Source: Verrucomicrobiota bacterium (GTDB taxonomy: Bacteria > Verrucomicrobiota > Verrucomicrobiia > Limisphaerales > SIBE01). From it: a stretch of DNA of 38,812 bases. Of the stretch, positions 28,123 to 37,500 are shown one piece after another (position 1 is the first letter of the stretch; each line of letters begins with the position of its first letter). The translations under genes and the position numbers were made by a program. Under the pieces are notes generated by a model. The model had not been told where the DNA came from. It ran no database searches and saw only the letters and a program-made list of their open reading frames with translations. The DNA is taken from NCBI GenBank assembly GCA_040754135.1, contig JBFMDG010000001.1:1-38812 (forward strand), read 5' to 3'.

Positions 28123-30066
28123 TCAGCGCACGGCCGGCGCGCGCGGGTGTGGTGCGGGAGCCGGCGATTCCAATTTTCCACTTTCAATGAGCGCAATGGC
28201 GTCGCGGGCCGGTTGGAATTCTGGATCGAGCCGAAGCGCTTCGCGGAGATGGCCGAGCGCTTCGTCGCGTCGTCCAGCCCGTGCCAAAGCCGCGCTAAGT
28301 GCCATGCGATTGGCCGGCAGATGCGGAAATTGTTTCACTTCGAATTCCAGGAATTTGGCGGCGTGCTCATATTTTCCCTGAGTAAACCAAAACAGGCCAA
28401 AATTGTGGTGCAAATGCCAATCGGTCGGATGCGATTTCAAAGCGGATTCATAGATGGAAATCGTGGCCGTCATTCCATCTTTGCGCAACCGCTCGCCTTT
28501 TTCTACCAGGGCTTGCTCGGCGCGCTTCTGCCGCGGCGCGTGATCGAGTTGATCGAGAAAAGGCGGTTTGCCGGAAAGCTGCACCATCGACAGTTCGGTT
28601 TGAAACTCGTCCCACGGTGTGAACGCCAGTCGAGCGGCACATTCTTCGCGCGAAGGCAATTTATCGTTGCCATCATTGCGCTCCGGTTTACTGAGACGTT
28701 CGCCAAGTGCCGACTCCACTGCGGCTACCCACGCCCTGGCCAGTGCATAATCGCCCTCGAACCGGAGATGAACATGTTCATAGAAAAACCTCGAACCAGG
28801 AATTCCATGGTCGCTCCATTCATGCGTAAAGAATTCCTGCTCGGCATCAAACAATTGGACGTGGCGCGCCGACCATTGATCAGCGACGCGCCGGATCACA
28901 TCGTTGACGGGGGTATCAGCGCGGAACTGAAGCGCGTCGCGATCGCGAGCCAGCACGAAATGCCGCCGGGCCTTTTCGTAATCGCCCTTTGCCATGAGCA
29001 CCTGTCCCAATCGGAAATGCAAATCGGCGAAGTGATCATCAATCTCTGCCGCGGCTTGCAGTTCGTTTAGCGCCGTTTCCCATTGGCCGGCTTGTTGGGA
29101 TTCGACGGCTTTGGCATAAGACCTTTCCCATTTTGAATTTTGTTCGGGCGTCAGATCGCGGCGATGCAGAGAAGCGAACGGTGGAGAATCTTTCAAATTC
29201 ACCGGAATGGTCGAGAGCAGGACTTTGGCGCCGAAGCGGGTCGTCACTTCGCAAATCTCATTGAGATTAGCCTCGAAGAATCGATAAACCCTGGCTCGTT
29301 TGGAATCGTCGAACGCGAGGCGGCGTTCGCGAAAGAATGCCATATCTTGCGCCGGTGAAATTCTGGGCTGGCGCTCCAGCGTGCGGGAAAGGAGCTGGCC
29401 TGTGCGGGTGGATTTAAGCTTTTGCACGAGGCGAATGGCGCAAAGGTTTTGGTTCAGCCATGTCGAATCAGGCCCAGGCGCATGGAGGCCGACGACTTCG
29501 TTGTTGCCGATGTAACAAAGAAACAAATCCGGTTGATGCCGGGCACAATCGCGGGCGATCGGGAGAATGATATGAGAATTGATGCCTCGCATTGCCGCGT
29601 TGATGACTTCAAACCGAATTTCGGGATGGCGTCGTTCCAGCATCCATTCGAGAATGCGCGCGAAACCAAACGCTGGATTGGGAGTTCCTTGCGCCGCGGA
29701 TTCCCCGAGGATGAAAATGCGAACAGTATTGGAACCTTTGGCCACCGGGAAAGAAACCGGATGCATTTTCCCACCGGCCGCCGTTTTCGAATAAAACTGC
29801 TGCGCAAAGTGATCGTTGATCGTGTAGTTCGCTCCATCCGCGGTTTTTTGGAAGAATGCCGTTGAATAACCCGAGCCGCTTATGCGCAAAGCCGCTTCCA
29901 AAAGTACGAAGATAAGGGCTGGACTAATCAACAGCGCGATCAGTCGAAAGGCCCACTTTTTCCAGGGCGGCAACGAAAGTCGATCCGAGGACCGAGCCGC
30001 GGCGATATCCGGAAGAGCAGGCTGAGATCTGGGCGAGCTGCGGCGTTGTCTTTTTCGTTTTCCCAT
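28123..30066 (-). CDS. Membrane-anchored SGNH/GDSL-type hydrolase-like protein with TPR repeats
   Basis: Basic N-terminus followed by one TM helix (WAFRLIALLISPALIFVLLEAAL). SGNH-like blocks VRIFILGESAAQG (block I), YIGNNEV (block III) and FFYEHVHLRFEG (block V-like). TPR-like helices occur internally and at the C-terminus (GQWETALNELQAAAEIDDHFADLHFRLGQVLMAKGDYEKA; GRRDEALGHLREALRLDPEF). Confidence 0.65.
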   Translation of the reverse strand: MGKRKRQRRSSPRSQPALPDIAAARSSDRLSLPPWKKWAFRLIALLISPALIFVLLEAALRISGSGYSTAFFQKTADGANYTINDHFAQQFYSKTAAGGKMHPVSFPVAKGSNTVRIFILGESAAQGTPNPAFGFARILEWMLERRHPEIRFEVINAAMRGINSHIILPIARDCARHQPDLFLCYIGNNEVVGLHAPGPDSTWLNQNLCAIRLVQKLKSTRTGQLLSRTLERQPRISPAQDMAFFRERRLAFDDSKRARVYRFFEANLNEICEVTTRFGAKVLLSTIPVNLKDSPPFASLHRRDLTPEQNSKWERSYAKAVESQQAGQWETALNELQAAAEIDDHFADLHFRLGQVLMAKGDYEKARRHFVLARDRDALQFRADTPVNDVIRRVADQWSARHVQLFDAEQEFFTHEWSDHGIPGSRFFYEHVHLRFEGDYALARAWVAAVESALGERLSKPERNDGNDKLPSREECAARLAFTPWDEFQTELSMVQLSGKPPFLDQLDHAPRQKRAEQALVEKGERLRKDGMTATISIYESALKSHPTDWHLHHNFGLFWFTQGKYEHAAKFLEFEVKQFPHLPANRMALSAALARAGRRDEALGHLREALRLDPEFQPARDAIALIESGKLESPAPAPHPRAPAVR

Positions 30067-30120
30067 GAGTGCTGAGCGGCGTAAGGCTTTATTGCGTTAC
30101 GAGTGAAGGTCCGTACGAAG

Positions 30121-30150
30121 AAAGAGACCGGACTTGCGTCCGGTCTCTTC
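30121..30150 (-). terminator. Probable rho-independent terminator after the lectin/PA14/CBM-like gene
   Basis: Perfect 11-bp inverted repeat AGAGACCGGAC (30123..30133) / GTCCGGTCTCT (30138..30148) with loop TTGC, about 25 nt downstream of the stop at 30173. On the minus strand it is followed by TTTCTTCG, which is only moderately T-rich. Confidence 0.6.
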
Positions 30151-30172
30151 TGAATCAGCTCAGGATCAGAAC

Positions 30173-33100
30173 TTAGTTATTACGCTTCACGCGACCGAAG
30201 CGCGCAGCTCGGTCGATCGGAGCATCGACGGGACTGGTGAGGCCAGTATCGACCCACGGGCCAGTCACGCTATCCGAGACTTCGAGAGTGCCGCCGCCTT
30301 CCCATTCCAGGTGGATATTTCCAGCCTGCAAGCGGAACACGGTGAACTTCGGAGGAGGCGGTGGTGCTGATGTCCTGACGAATGCCAAGTAGTCAAAGTC
30401 ACCGCTATCGGCCTTGTAGCGCAGGGTTTGAGTGCCTTCGAGATGCACAATGGACAGGTTGCCATTGCCGTCTTTCATGGCGACGAGGTCGCTCGCTCCC
30501 CAGCCACCACGATAATTGGTGCCCGGAGCGTCGAAGGTGCCGAGAAGCTCGGTCGCCTGGTTCGGTTGTGTCGGATCAGTCGTGACTCGATGCAACGTGC
30601 CATGAAGCTGGCCTGGGTTGTTGCCATCGAATGAAAGCGCGACGTAAACGTTGTAATCGCCCGCCGGGAAGGTTCGGGTGTAGTTGAAGTAATCAGGTCC
30701 GCCGATCCAGCCAATGCGGTAGTTCGCGGTCATATCCCATGTACCGCGATCTTTGCCGAGCTGGCTGCCGAATACATCTGTGGTATTCAGGTTGTCGGTG
30801 ATCTGAATGTTGTTGCCCGTCTCACCCAGACGATAGACGTTCGAATCATTCCCGTCATCGGTGACGTAATCGACACCATTGACCGCGCCGAGTCCATTGT
30901 ACGCGCCGCCGAGGTAAGGCATGACACTCGCGACATCGAGGGTCTTCCCGCTGTCGTAGTTCATGTCTTCCGCTTCAATCACGAAGTCGCCAGGGGCACC
31001 GAGTGCACCTGTCTGGAATCGAGCTGTGACAGAGAAGTTCCTGGCCGGGGTGCCATTATCTGAGAAGCTCACCGTGTAGGTGTGCCAGGAGAGCGGATCA
31101 AATGGGGTCGCCGGCAGGTATTCCACTGTCGTTACATCACCATTCTTGTTGACGGTCGCGTTCACTTCCGCTCCGTCCAGATTGAACTTGATGCTGGTCG
31201 CGTTCACCGCGGTGTCGAAGTCCTGAATCTGAACACGGATCGGTTTGTTGCGAGAGAGATAAGCACCGTTTCCAGGCGAGGCCGCCACCACCTTCGGCGG
31301 AACACCGCTCACTGGAACCAGCGTGAACCAGTCGAAGTCACCGCTCGCCATATTGAAACGAATGGTGACTCGGCCGCCAGGCAGTTTGAACACACCTTGG
31401 CTGCCATCAGGGCCGACAAGACCGACCAGGTCATTGGCGCCCCAACCAGCGCTGCCACGTGCATTGAAGTTACCGAGGCTCTTCAAGGTCTGATTGGCAG
31501 TGCCAGCTCCAGCCGTGACCAACGCCAAATTTGCATTCAATTGGCCAGGCGCGACGCCGTCGAATGAAAGCGCGGCGTAAGCGGTGTAGGTACCGGCTGG
31601 AATGGTGCGTGAGTAGTTGCCCCAGTTTCCTCCGCCAACCCAACCAATCTTGTGATTGATGGTCACTTGCCGGAATGAACCGAAGGGACCGGGACGATCT
31701 GCGCTCCAGCGATTGCCGAGCACTGAATCCATGTTCACGTTCGGACTTTCTCCGATGCGATAGAGGTTCGAATCGTTGCCGTCGTCGTTGTTGAAATCAA
31801 CGAAACGAACAGCGCCGAGATCGGCGTATGCCCCGCCTGTATAAGCCAAATCATCAGCCTCCACCTTGCTCTGGCCATTGTCGAAATCGAAATCTTCCGC
31901 TTCGACAAAGAAGGAGTTCGCCGGCAGATCAAACGGCATGACTTTGTTATGAGCGGTGTAGTCGAACGCCACGACACGCGTGGTCACAGGCGACGTCGTT
32001 TCATCGTAGCTGAGTTCAACGTTGGTTTGCGTGTTGAACCGGATTCCATATCCGCCACCCGGATCATAGGTCACGGTCGTGGTGTTGCCCGAGCGGCTCA
32101 CCGTCGCGGCCACTTCGGCGCCATTCACTTTCAATTTCACCGTGCCATCGACCACTTTCGTGTTCGCGTCAACGATGGTGATCTTGATCGGTTCTCCAGG
32201 CACGCCAATGACACCATTGCCGGCGCCAGGGCGGACGGAAGCGATATAAGCGCGATCGGTCATCGGGCCTTGGCGGTATGCCTTCAGCGAACGAGGATCG
32301 TTCACATCATTGATGAGAATCTTTGTGCCATCATCGGCGATGCTGAACCACTCAACATTATTGCCGCCTCCACCTTCTTCCCACGTGGTGCGGAACGGAT
32401 AGATACCGGCCTGGTTCACCACCAGACTGAAGATCGTGTCCGAAGCGCCGCGACCACCGTTGAATTCGCCAACTACCAGACCGCCCACTTGCCAGCGGTC
32501 CTTGGGGTTCTTGCCGACAATCGTGCGGAAACCGTCATCGCTATTCACGCCCATGCGATAAAACCCAGGCGCGGGGAATTCGATGAAGGTGATGAATTCA
32601 CCACCGATGTTGTCCGTTTGCGATGCAGGTAGAATCAAGCTCGGAATACCTGGAATCGGCTCATCTGGAAAACCGGCCCCTGAACCAAAATTTCCGTCAT
32701 TGCCGCCACCGTAGTTGATGACGTCTTCATCGAGGAAGATACCGTTGGCATCGAAGAAGGTGTTATCGGCCACGTTCGCACCCATTTCGCCAAAGATCTG
32801 GCGATCGGTGCGATCGTTGGTGTTTTCCAAACCGTGATAGGACTGATGGATGCGCACTACGAAGCCTGGCTTGGTCTTGTCCACTCCCGTGACGGCGAGG
32901 GCCGGATCAATCAGCACATAATTCGGAGCATTGAAATTGCGCACCGCCGAGACATCAACGCCGCGGCCGTCTTTGACGAAAGCTTCGACGGAATGCGCCG
33001 AGCCGGAGTCGAAACGGGTGCCAGCCGGAAGCAGGAACGTGAAGGTCGTTTCTCCGCCCGTCTTGCTACGAGTAGTTGGAGTAATGGCCGTTCCGTCCAG

Positions 33101-34219
33101 TTTGAGAGCGAGTGATGCGCTGTTGGGATCGATAACGCTCTGACCGGAATCGTTGATGGTAATCCGGAAACCGGTGGCATCGGGAAGCGAGACCGCATTG
33201 CCCCAGATGGCGGAATCGGAAGGTACCGTGATGATGTGGATGTTATCGACACCGGCAAATTCCATCGCACCACCCGTGCTGGCGCCGAAGACGATACGAC
33301 CCGGGCTAGGAAAGTAGGAAGTGGCGAGATCTTTGACGATCTGGCAACCCTTCCAGAAAACTTGGACCTTACCATCAACCGCAACCTCAATCTTCAGGGG
33401 AACCCAATTCAGCTTCGAGCCGCTGCCGGGGAGGTCGGGATCCGCCTCACCAGTGATCAAGGTGTTGCAATCCGCGACATAGTCGTAACCGGCCGGAAAG
33501 GCAACGTCAGGCATGGCGATTTGAGTGAGTTGTTTGCCATCAACACGCACGCTGATACCGCGAACATCTTGCCCGCCGTTGGAACCACCGACAGGAGCTG
33601 TGCCTGTTCCCCACGTATCGAAACCGATGGCGATACCGGTTTGGGTTCCTTCTTCAGGAAGATTGTCTTCATTACCGCCGTTGTCCTGGCTGCCGGCCCA
33701 ACCATCCGTCCGGCCACCACGGCCGGGATTCGTACCGCCCGCGATGAGCGGGATGATCGGGTCGCCGGCGCGAGCGTAATTAACGCTGAAGCCGTCGGCA
33801 GGAGGGTTGGCAAACCAGTCACCCAACTTGATCATACACTCGAAAGTAAAACTGCCGACGATCAGGCCCTCATCGAAGTCAGGGAAGAGCACGGCGCAAG
33901 ATTGACCGGTGTTATCGGTCAATTTGATAAACCCGGAGTTATTGACTCCTTCGGAATCCTTCCATTCGGCGCTGCCGACGAGGTCGAATTTCGGGTCAAG
34001 GGCTGGATCTGTGTCCAAATTGAACGTGGCTTCAGCCGCTTTGGACTGACTCATTCCGAGCATGAGCAGCGCGATCAGCGCAAGGGAGGTTTTGATCAAT
34101 TTGCATTTTCCTTCATCAACGGATCGCTGTGCCGCATGCCCCGGCCATACCGAAGCTAGCAGCCCTCGCATCCGCGAATGGAGGAACTCGCTCATAAGGG
34201 TTTTGGATTTCTTTCGCAT
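30173..34219 (-). CDS. Large secreted carbohydrate-binding-type protein: lectin/LamG-like domain, Ig-like units, a PA14-like domain and two CBM6/35-like repeats
   Basis: Signal-like segment LALIALLMLGMSQSKAAEA. N-terminal legume-lectin/LamG-like segment (GFIKLTDNTGQSCAVLFPDFD...ADGFSVNYA). PA14-like core (FPAPGFYRMGVNSDDGFRTIVG). Two homologous ~200-aa units start at FFVEAEDFDFDNGQ (31313..31918) and FVIEAEDMNYDSGK (30371..30988). The start is ambiguous: ATG at 34219, 34195 or 34171. Confidence 0.7.
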   Translation of the reverse strand: MRKKSKTLMSEFLHSRMRGLLASVWPGHAAQRSVDEGKCKLIKTSLALIALLMLGMSQSKAAEATFNLDTDPALDPKFDLVGSAEWKDSEGVNNSGFIKLTDNTGQSCAVLFPDFDEGLIVGSFTFECMIKLGDWFANPPADGFSVNYARAGDPIIPLIAGGTNPGRGGRTDGWAGSQDNGGNEDNLPEEGTQTGIAIGFDTWGTGTAPVGGSNGGQDVRGISVRVDGKQLTQIAMPDVAFPAGYDYVADCNTLITGEADPDLPGSGSKLNWVPLKIEVAVDGKVQVFWKGCQIVKDLATSYFPSPGRIVFGASTGGAMEFAGVDNIHIITVPSDSAIWGNAVSLPDATGFRITINDSGQSVIDPNSASLALKLDGTAITPTTRSKTGGETTFTFLLPAGTRFDSGSAHSVEAFVKDGRGVDVSAVRNFNAPNYVLIDPALAVTGVDKTKPGFVVRIHQSYHGLENTNDRTDRQIFGEMGANVADNTFFDANGIFLDEDVINYGGGNDGNFGSGAGFPDEPIPGIPSLILPASQTDNIGGEFITFIEFPAPGFYRMGVNSDDGFRTIVGKNPKDRWQVGGLVVGEFNGGRGASDTIFSLVVNQAGIYPFRTTWEEGGGGNNVEWFSIADDGTKILINDVNDPRSLKAYRQGPMTDRAYIASVRPGAGNGVIGVPGEPIKITIVDANTKVVDGTVKLKVNGAEVAATVSRSGNTTTVTYDPGGGYGIRFNTQTNVELSYDETTSPVTTRVVAFDYTAHNKVMPFDLPANSFFVEAEDFDFDNGQSKVEADDLAYTGGAYADLGAVRFVDFNNDDGNDSNLYRIGESPNVNMDSVLGNRWSADRPGPFGSFRQVTINHKIGWVGGGNWGNYSRTIPAGTYTAYAALSFDGVAPGQLNANLALVTAGAGTANQTLKSLGNFNARGSAGWGANDLVGLVGPDGSQGVFKLPGGRVTIRFNMASGDFDWFTLVPVSGVPPKVVAASPGNGAYLSRNKPIRVQIQDFDTAVNATSIKFNLDGAEVNATVNKNGDVTTVEYLPATPFDPLSWHTYTVSFSDNGTPARNFSVTARFQTGALGAPGDFVIEAEDMNYDSGKTLDVASVMPYLGGAYNGLGAVNGVDYVTDDGNDSNVYRLGETGNNIQITDNLNTTDVFGSQLGKDRGTWDMTANYRIGWIGGPDYFNYTRTFPAGDYNVYVALSFDGNNPGQLHGTLHRVTTDPTQPNQATELLGTFDAPGTNYRGGWGASDLVAMKDGNGNLSIVHLEGTQTLRYKADSGDFDYLAFVRTSAPPPPPKFTVFRLQAGNIHLEWEGGGTLEVSDSVTGPWVDTGLTSPVDAPIDRAARFGRVKRNN

Positions 34220-34557
34220 ACGAGTCCTTCAGTTGGATTGCAGTGGAACTGTTTCCTGCGAGTAAGCGTCATGGCCGCATTCAACGCGCACCCACACGAG
34301 AACGCGGGCATGAAACCTTACAGGCTTTTCGCTGCTGCAGGAACACATAGTGTTTGGGAACTGTCGCCAGTTGTAACCACCCCTGAGAGCGAAGGCAATA
34401 AAAAAATTCGGCGCCCCATGTTGATTTTCTTCCGCCAACCGGTCTCGCCCTGGGGCAAACAGTCTTCTTTTCGAGGCGAAGCGGACACGACCGAGTTCCC
34501 GGTCGAGCTCATTTCCAACCACATCGCCGCATGAAGCAGGCGCAAACAGATCCGGGT

Positions 34558-37500
34558 TTAATGATCACGATGCGGCGTCAATTTGCCGGCAGGATCCAGG
34601 GCAATTTCTCGGGCCGAAGATGGGATTGGAGTCGAGGTCATTTTTCCTCCGGGCCATTTGATGTGGAGGCGAACCGGTGGCCTGGGCGTAGCCAATACTT
34701 GCACGGCGCTGTTCTGTGACCAATAGCCGGAACCGAACTGGACCTCGCGCGCCGATCCGAGGCGATCCCCAAAATCCAGCCGAAGCACAGCCCCCACTCC
34801 TGAAGGATTCCCCGGCGGTCCGGCCAATCGGACGCGCAGCCCAGGCCTGGCTTGCTGGTTCTCGTAAAGCCGAGTGGCTCCGGCATTCTGCGCCACGGCG
34901 ATGTCCACGCGCCCGTCTTGATTGAAATCACTCGCGGCCGAACCGCGCTGCTCACCGTCAATTCTGATACCGGATTCTCCTGTCGATATCACATCGAACG
35001 CGCCTGAACCACGATTGCGCAAACAGAGGCCACGCCCTGCATCGCACCTCGGCAATTCCAGATGAGTCCCGAAAAGATTTTGGCTCAGGAAAATATCCTC
35101 TGCCCCATCCCCATCGAAATCAGCCACCACAAGGCCGAACACTGGAGCGCATTGGGCCTCGAAAGGCAACGGCACTGGTTGAAACTTGCCGTCGCGATTC
35201 AAAAAAAGCATCGAGGCAAGCGTGTTCGCGCTGAGTTCTTGCGGTTCCTTTTGCAACAATCCAATAAGGTCAGGCATCGTGGCCCGGCTGAAGGCGCGAT
35301 GCGTGGGAAACCGCGTCTGGATTTCCGGCAGGATCATGCCTAATACATCGAGAGGCCGCAGCGGCATCGAGACACGTCCAGTGGCATCAGACTCGGCTTC
35401 GATAATATCCATCGTCCCGCGGCCAGCGAAGTCTCCAAAAAAAATGTGCATCGGTCGCTCGGAGGAGGCGCGGTAAGGACTGTTTAAACCCCAATTGCCC
35501 GCCACGATGTCCAACTTTCCATCGCCATCGAAATCGCCCGTAGCCACTGAATTCCACCAACCGGTGAATTCGGCAAGACCCGATTCCGCAGTCGCTTCCC
35601 GCAATAGTCCGCCGTGGTTGCGGAACAAGCGCACAGGCCCCCACGCGCACGCCAGGATCAGGTCAGAAAAGCCATCCGCATCGAGATCGCTCCACACGGC
35701 GCCGCTCACCAATCCCACGCCGGATAGCGCTTGCGTGTTTTTGGAGTCGAGCTGAAACCGCACTCCATCAAATTTATAAACGCGCGAAACATCGCTGCGG
35801 GGCCATTGGGCCGGCAACGCATTCCCGCCTGCGAATAAATCCAAATCACCGTCTGCATCGAAATCAGCCAAAGCCAATGGTCCAATACTCGCATCCCGAT
35901 CAGCGATGAGATCCTCGATTTGATGCGTGGAAAGGTCGATTTGCCGAAGCGCCGATCCATTCTCCGGCCTACCTTCATAATTCGAGGACGCAACCAGAAT
36001 GGCGGAGCTCCCATTTGTTTTCGCGAAGGCGACGATACCTGCCTGGTCGCGAATGGCAGGCTGGTCGAATGGCGGTTGTGCCAGCTTCTTGAAACCGCCT
36101 TTTTTATCATTGATGCACGCGGCGAGCGAGCCTCCCCGGCCGGCGCCGATGATCAGGTCATCCCAACCATCGCCATCAAAGTCGAACCAGCATACGCTTG
36201 GGCCCAACCGGCTTTGCATGTGTGGCAAGAGTGGCTGCCGTTCGAAATCGTTAAACTCATTTTCATGATGAACGTGTGTCAGCCGAGCGCTTTGATCGGT
36301 GAACCAGGGACGATCCGATTTGAGAGCGTCGGCTGGAACGTGCGTTCCTGTTTCATCGATTTCGTAAACGCGATTGGGCTTTGCGTTCTGGATGACATTC
36401 CGGACACCGCTGCGCCAGCGAACTTCGATGGTCAGGTCATTGGTGGCAGAACCTGCGGCGAAGACGCGCAGGGTGTCATCGCACGAAAGGTATCGTCCGC
36501 CACTGATCATTTCCTGTGATTGCACCACCGGCCCGCCCGCCACCTTGATTCTGCTGCCGATGCCGCGGGTATTCGGTGAGCTGCCTTTGAGCCGCACCGC
36601 GATGCGCGCAGCAGGGGAATCGTTGCGGTAAATGGCGGCTCCCGAATTCATGTTATTGATGACCACATCCAGATCACCATCTTGATCGAGGTCGGCCAGC
36701 GCCATGCCATGCGATACTCCGCGCAAATGAAATCCCCACGCTTCACTGGCATCAAGGAAGGTGCGGTTCCCCTGGTTATGAAAAGCCAGGTTGGGCACAT
36801 CGATGCGTGGGAATTTCTGCAAGTCGGCCAAATGTTCCTCGTGTGTTTTTCCAGGCCGTCCCGTTTCCTTGAGCGTATCGGCGTCGAGCACATCGTGCTC
36901 GTGCCCATTGGTGATCAGCAAGTCTTCATATCCGTCCAGATCGACATCCATAAACACAGCGCTCCACGTCCAATCGCTGGCGGCAATTCCCGCCATTTCG
37001 GAGATCTCCGCGTAGGTTCCATCGCCGCGATTCCAGAACAGCGTATTGCGAATAACCTCAGGCCGGTACTCAGGATCAAGGATCGGAAGAGGGACGTCGC
37101 GCATGAGGGCGATATTGGCGCGTTGACGGTGCCGCGCCTCGCGATCGCGGCTCAGCATGTCCGCGACAAAAATGTCGTCGAAACCATCTCGATCGATGTC
37201 GGCCACATCAACGGCCATGGAAGACATGCTCATGTGCCGCAAAGCCAATCGAGGCAGAGCGCGAAAGCGGCGGCCGTTTTCATTCAGCCAAATACGGTCG
37301 GGCGAGTAGAAGAAATCATTGCAGACATAAAGGTCGGGAAAGGAATCGCCATTCAAATCTCGGAACAGAACTGAAAGCCCCCAATCGCGCGGTGGTTGGA
37401 CGAGCGGTTTGCCCTCCTCGTCGGCAAACGCCCCGGATGTCCACGAGATTGCGCCGAAGCGTCCTTGGCCTTTGTTGACATAAAGAAGGTCCGGTTCACC

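Noticed and set aside
34178-34534. ORFs of 118 aa (+) and 97 aa (-) filling the 34220..34557 intergenic gap
   Set aside because: They have no motifs, mutually overlap on opposite strands, show atypical composition, and one overlaps the start of the neighbouring gene. I treat the region as non-coding leader or promoter.
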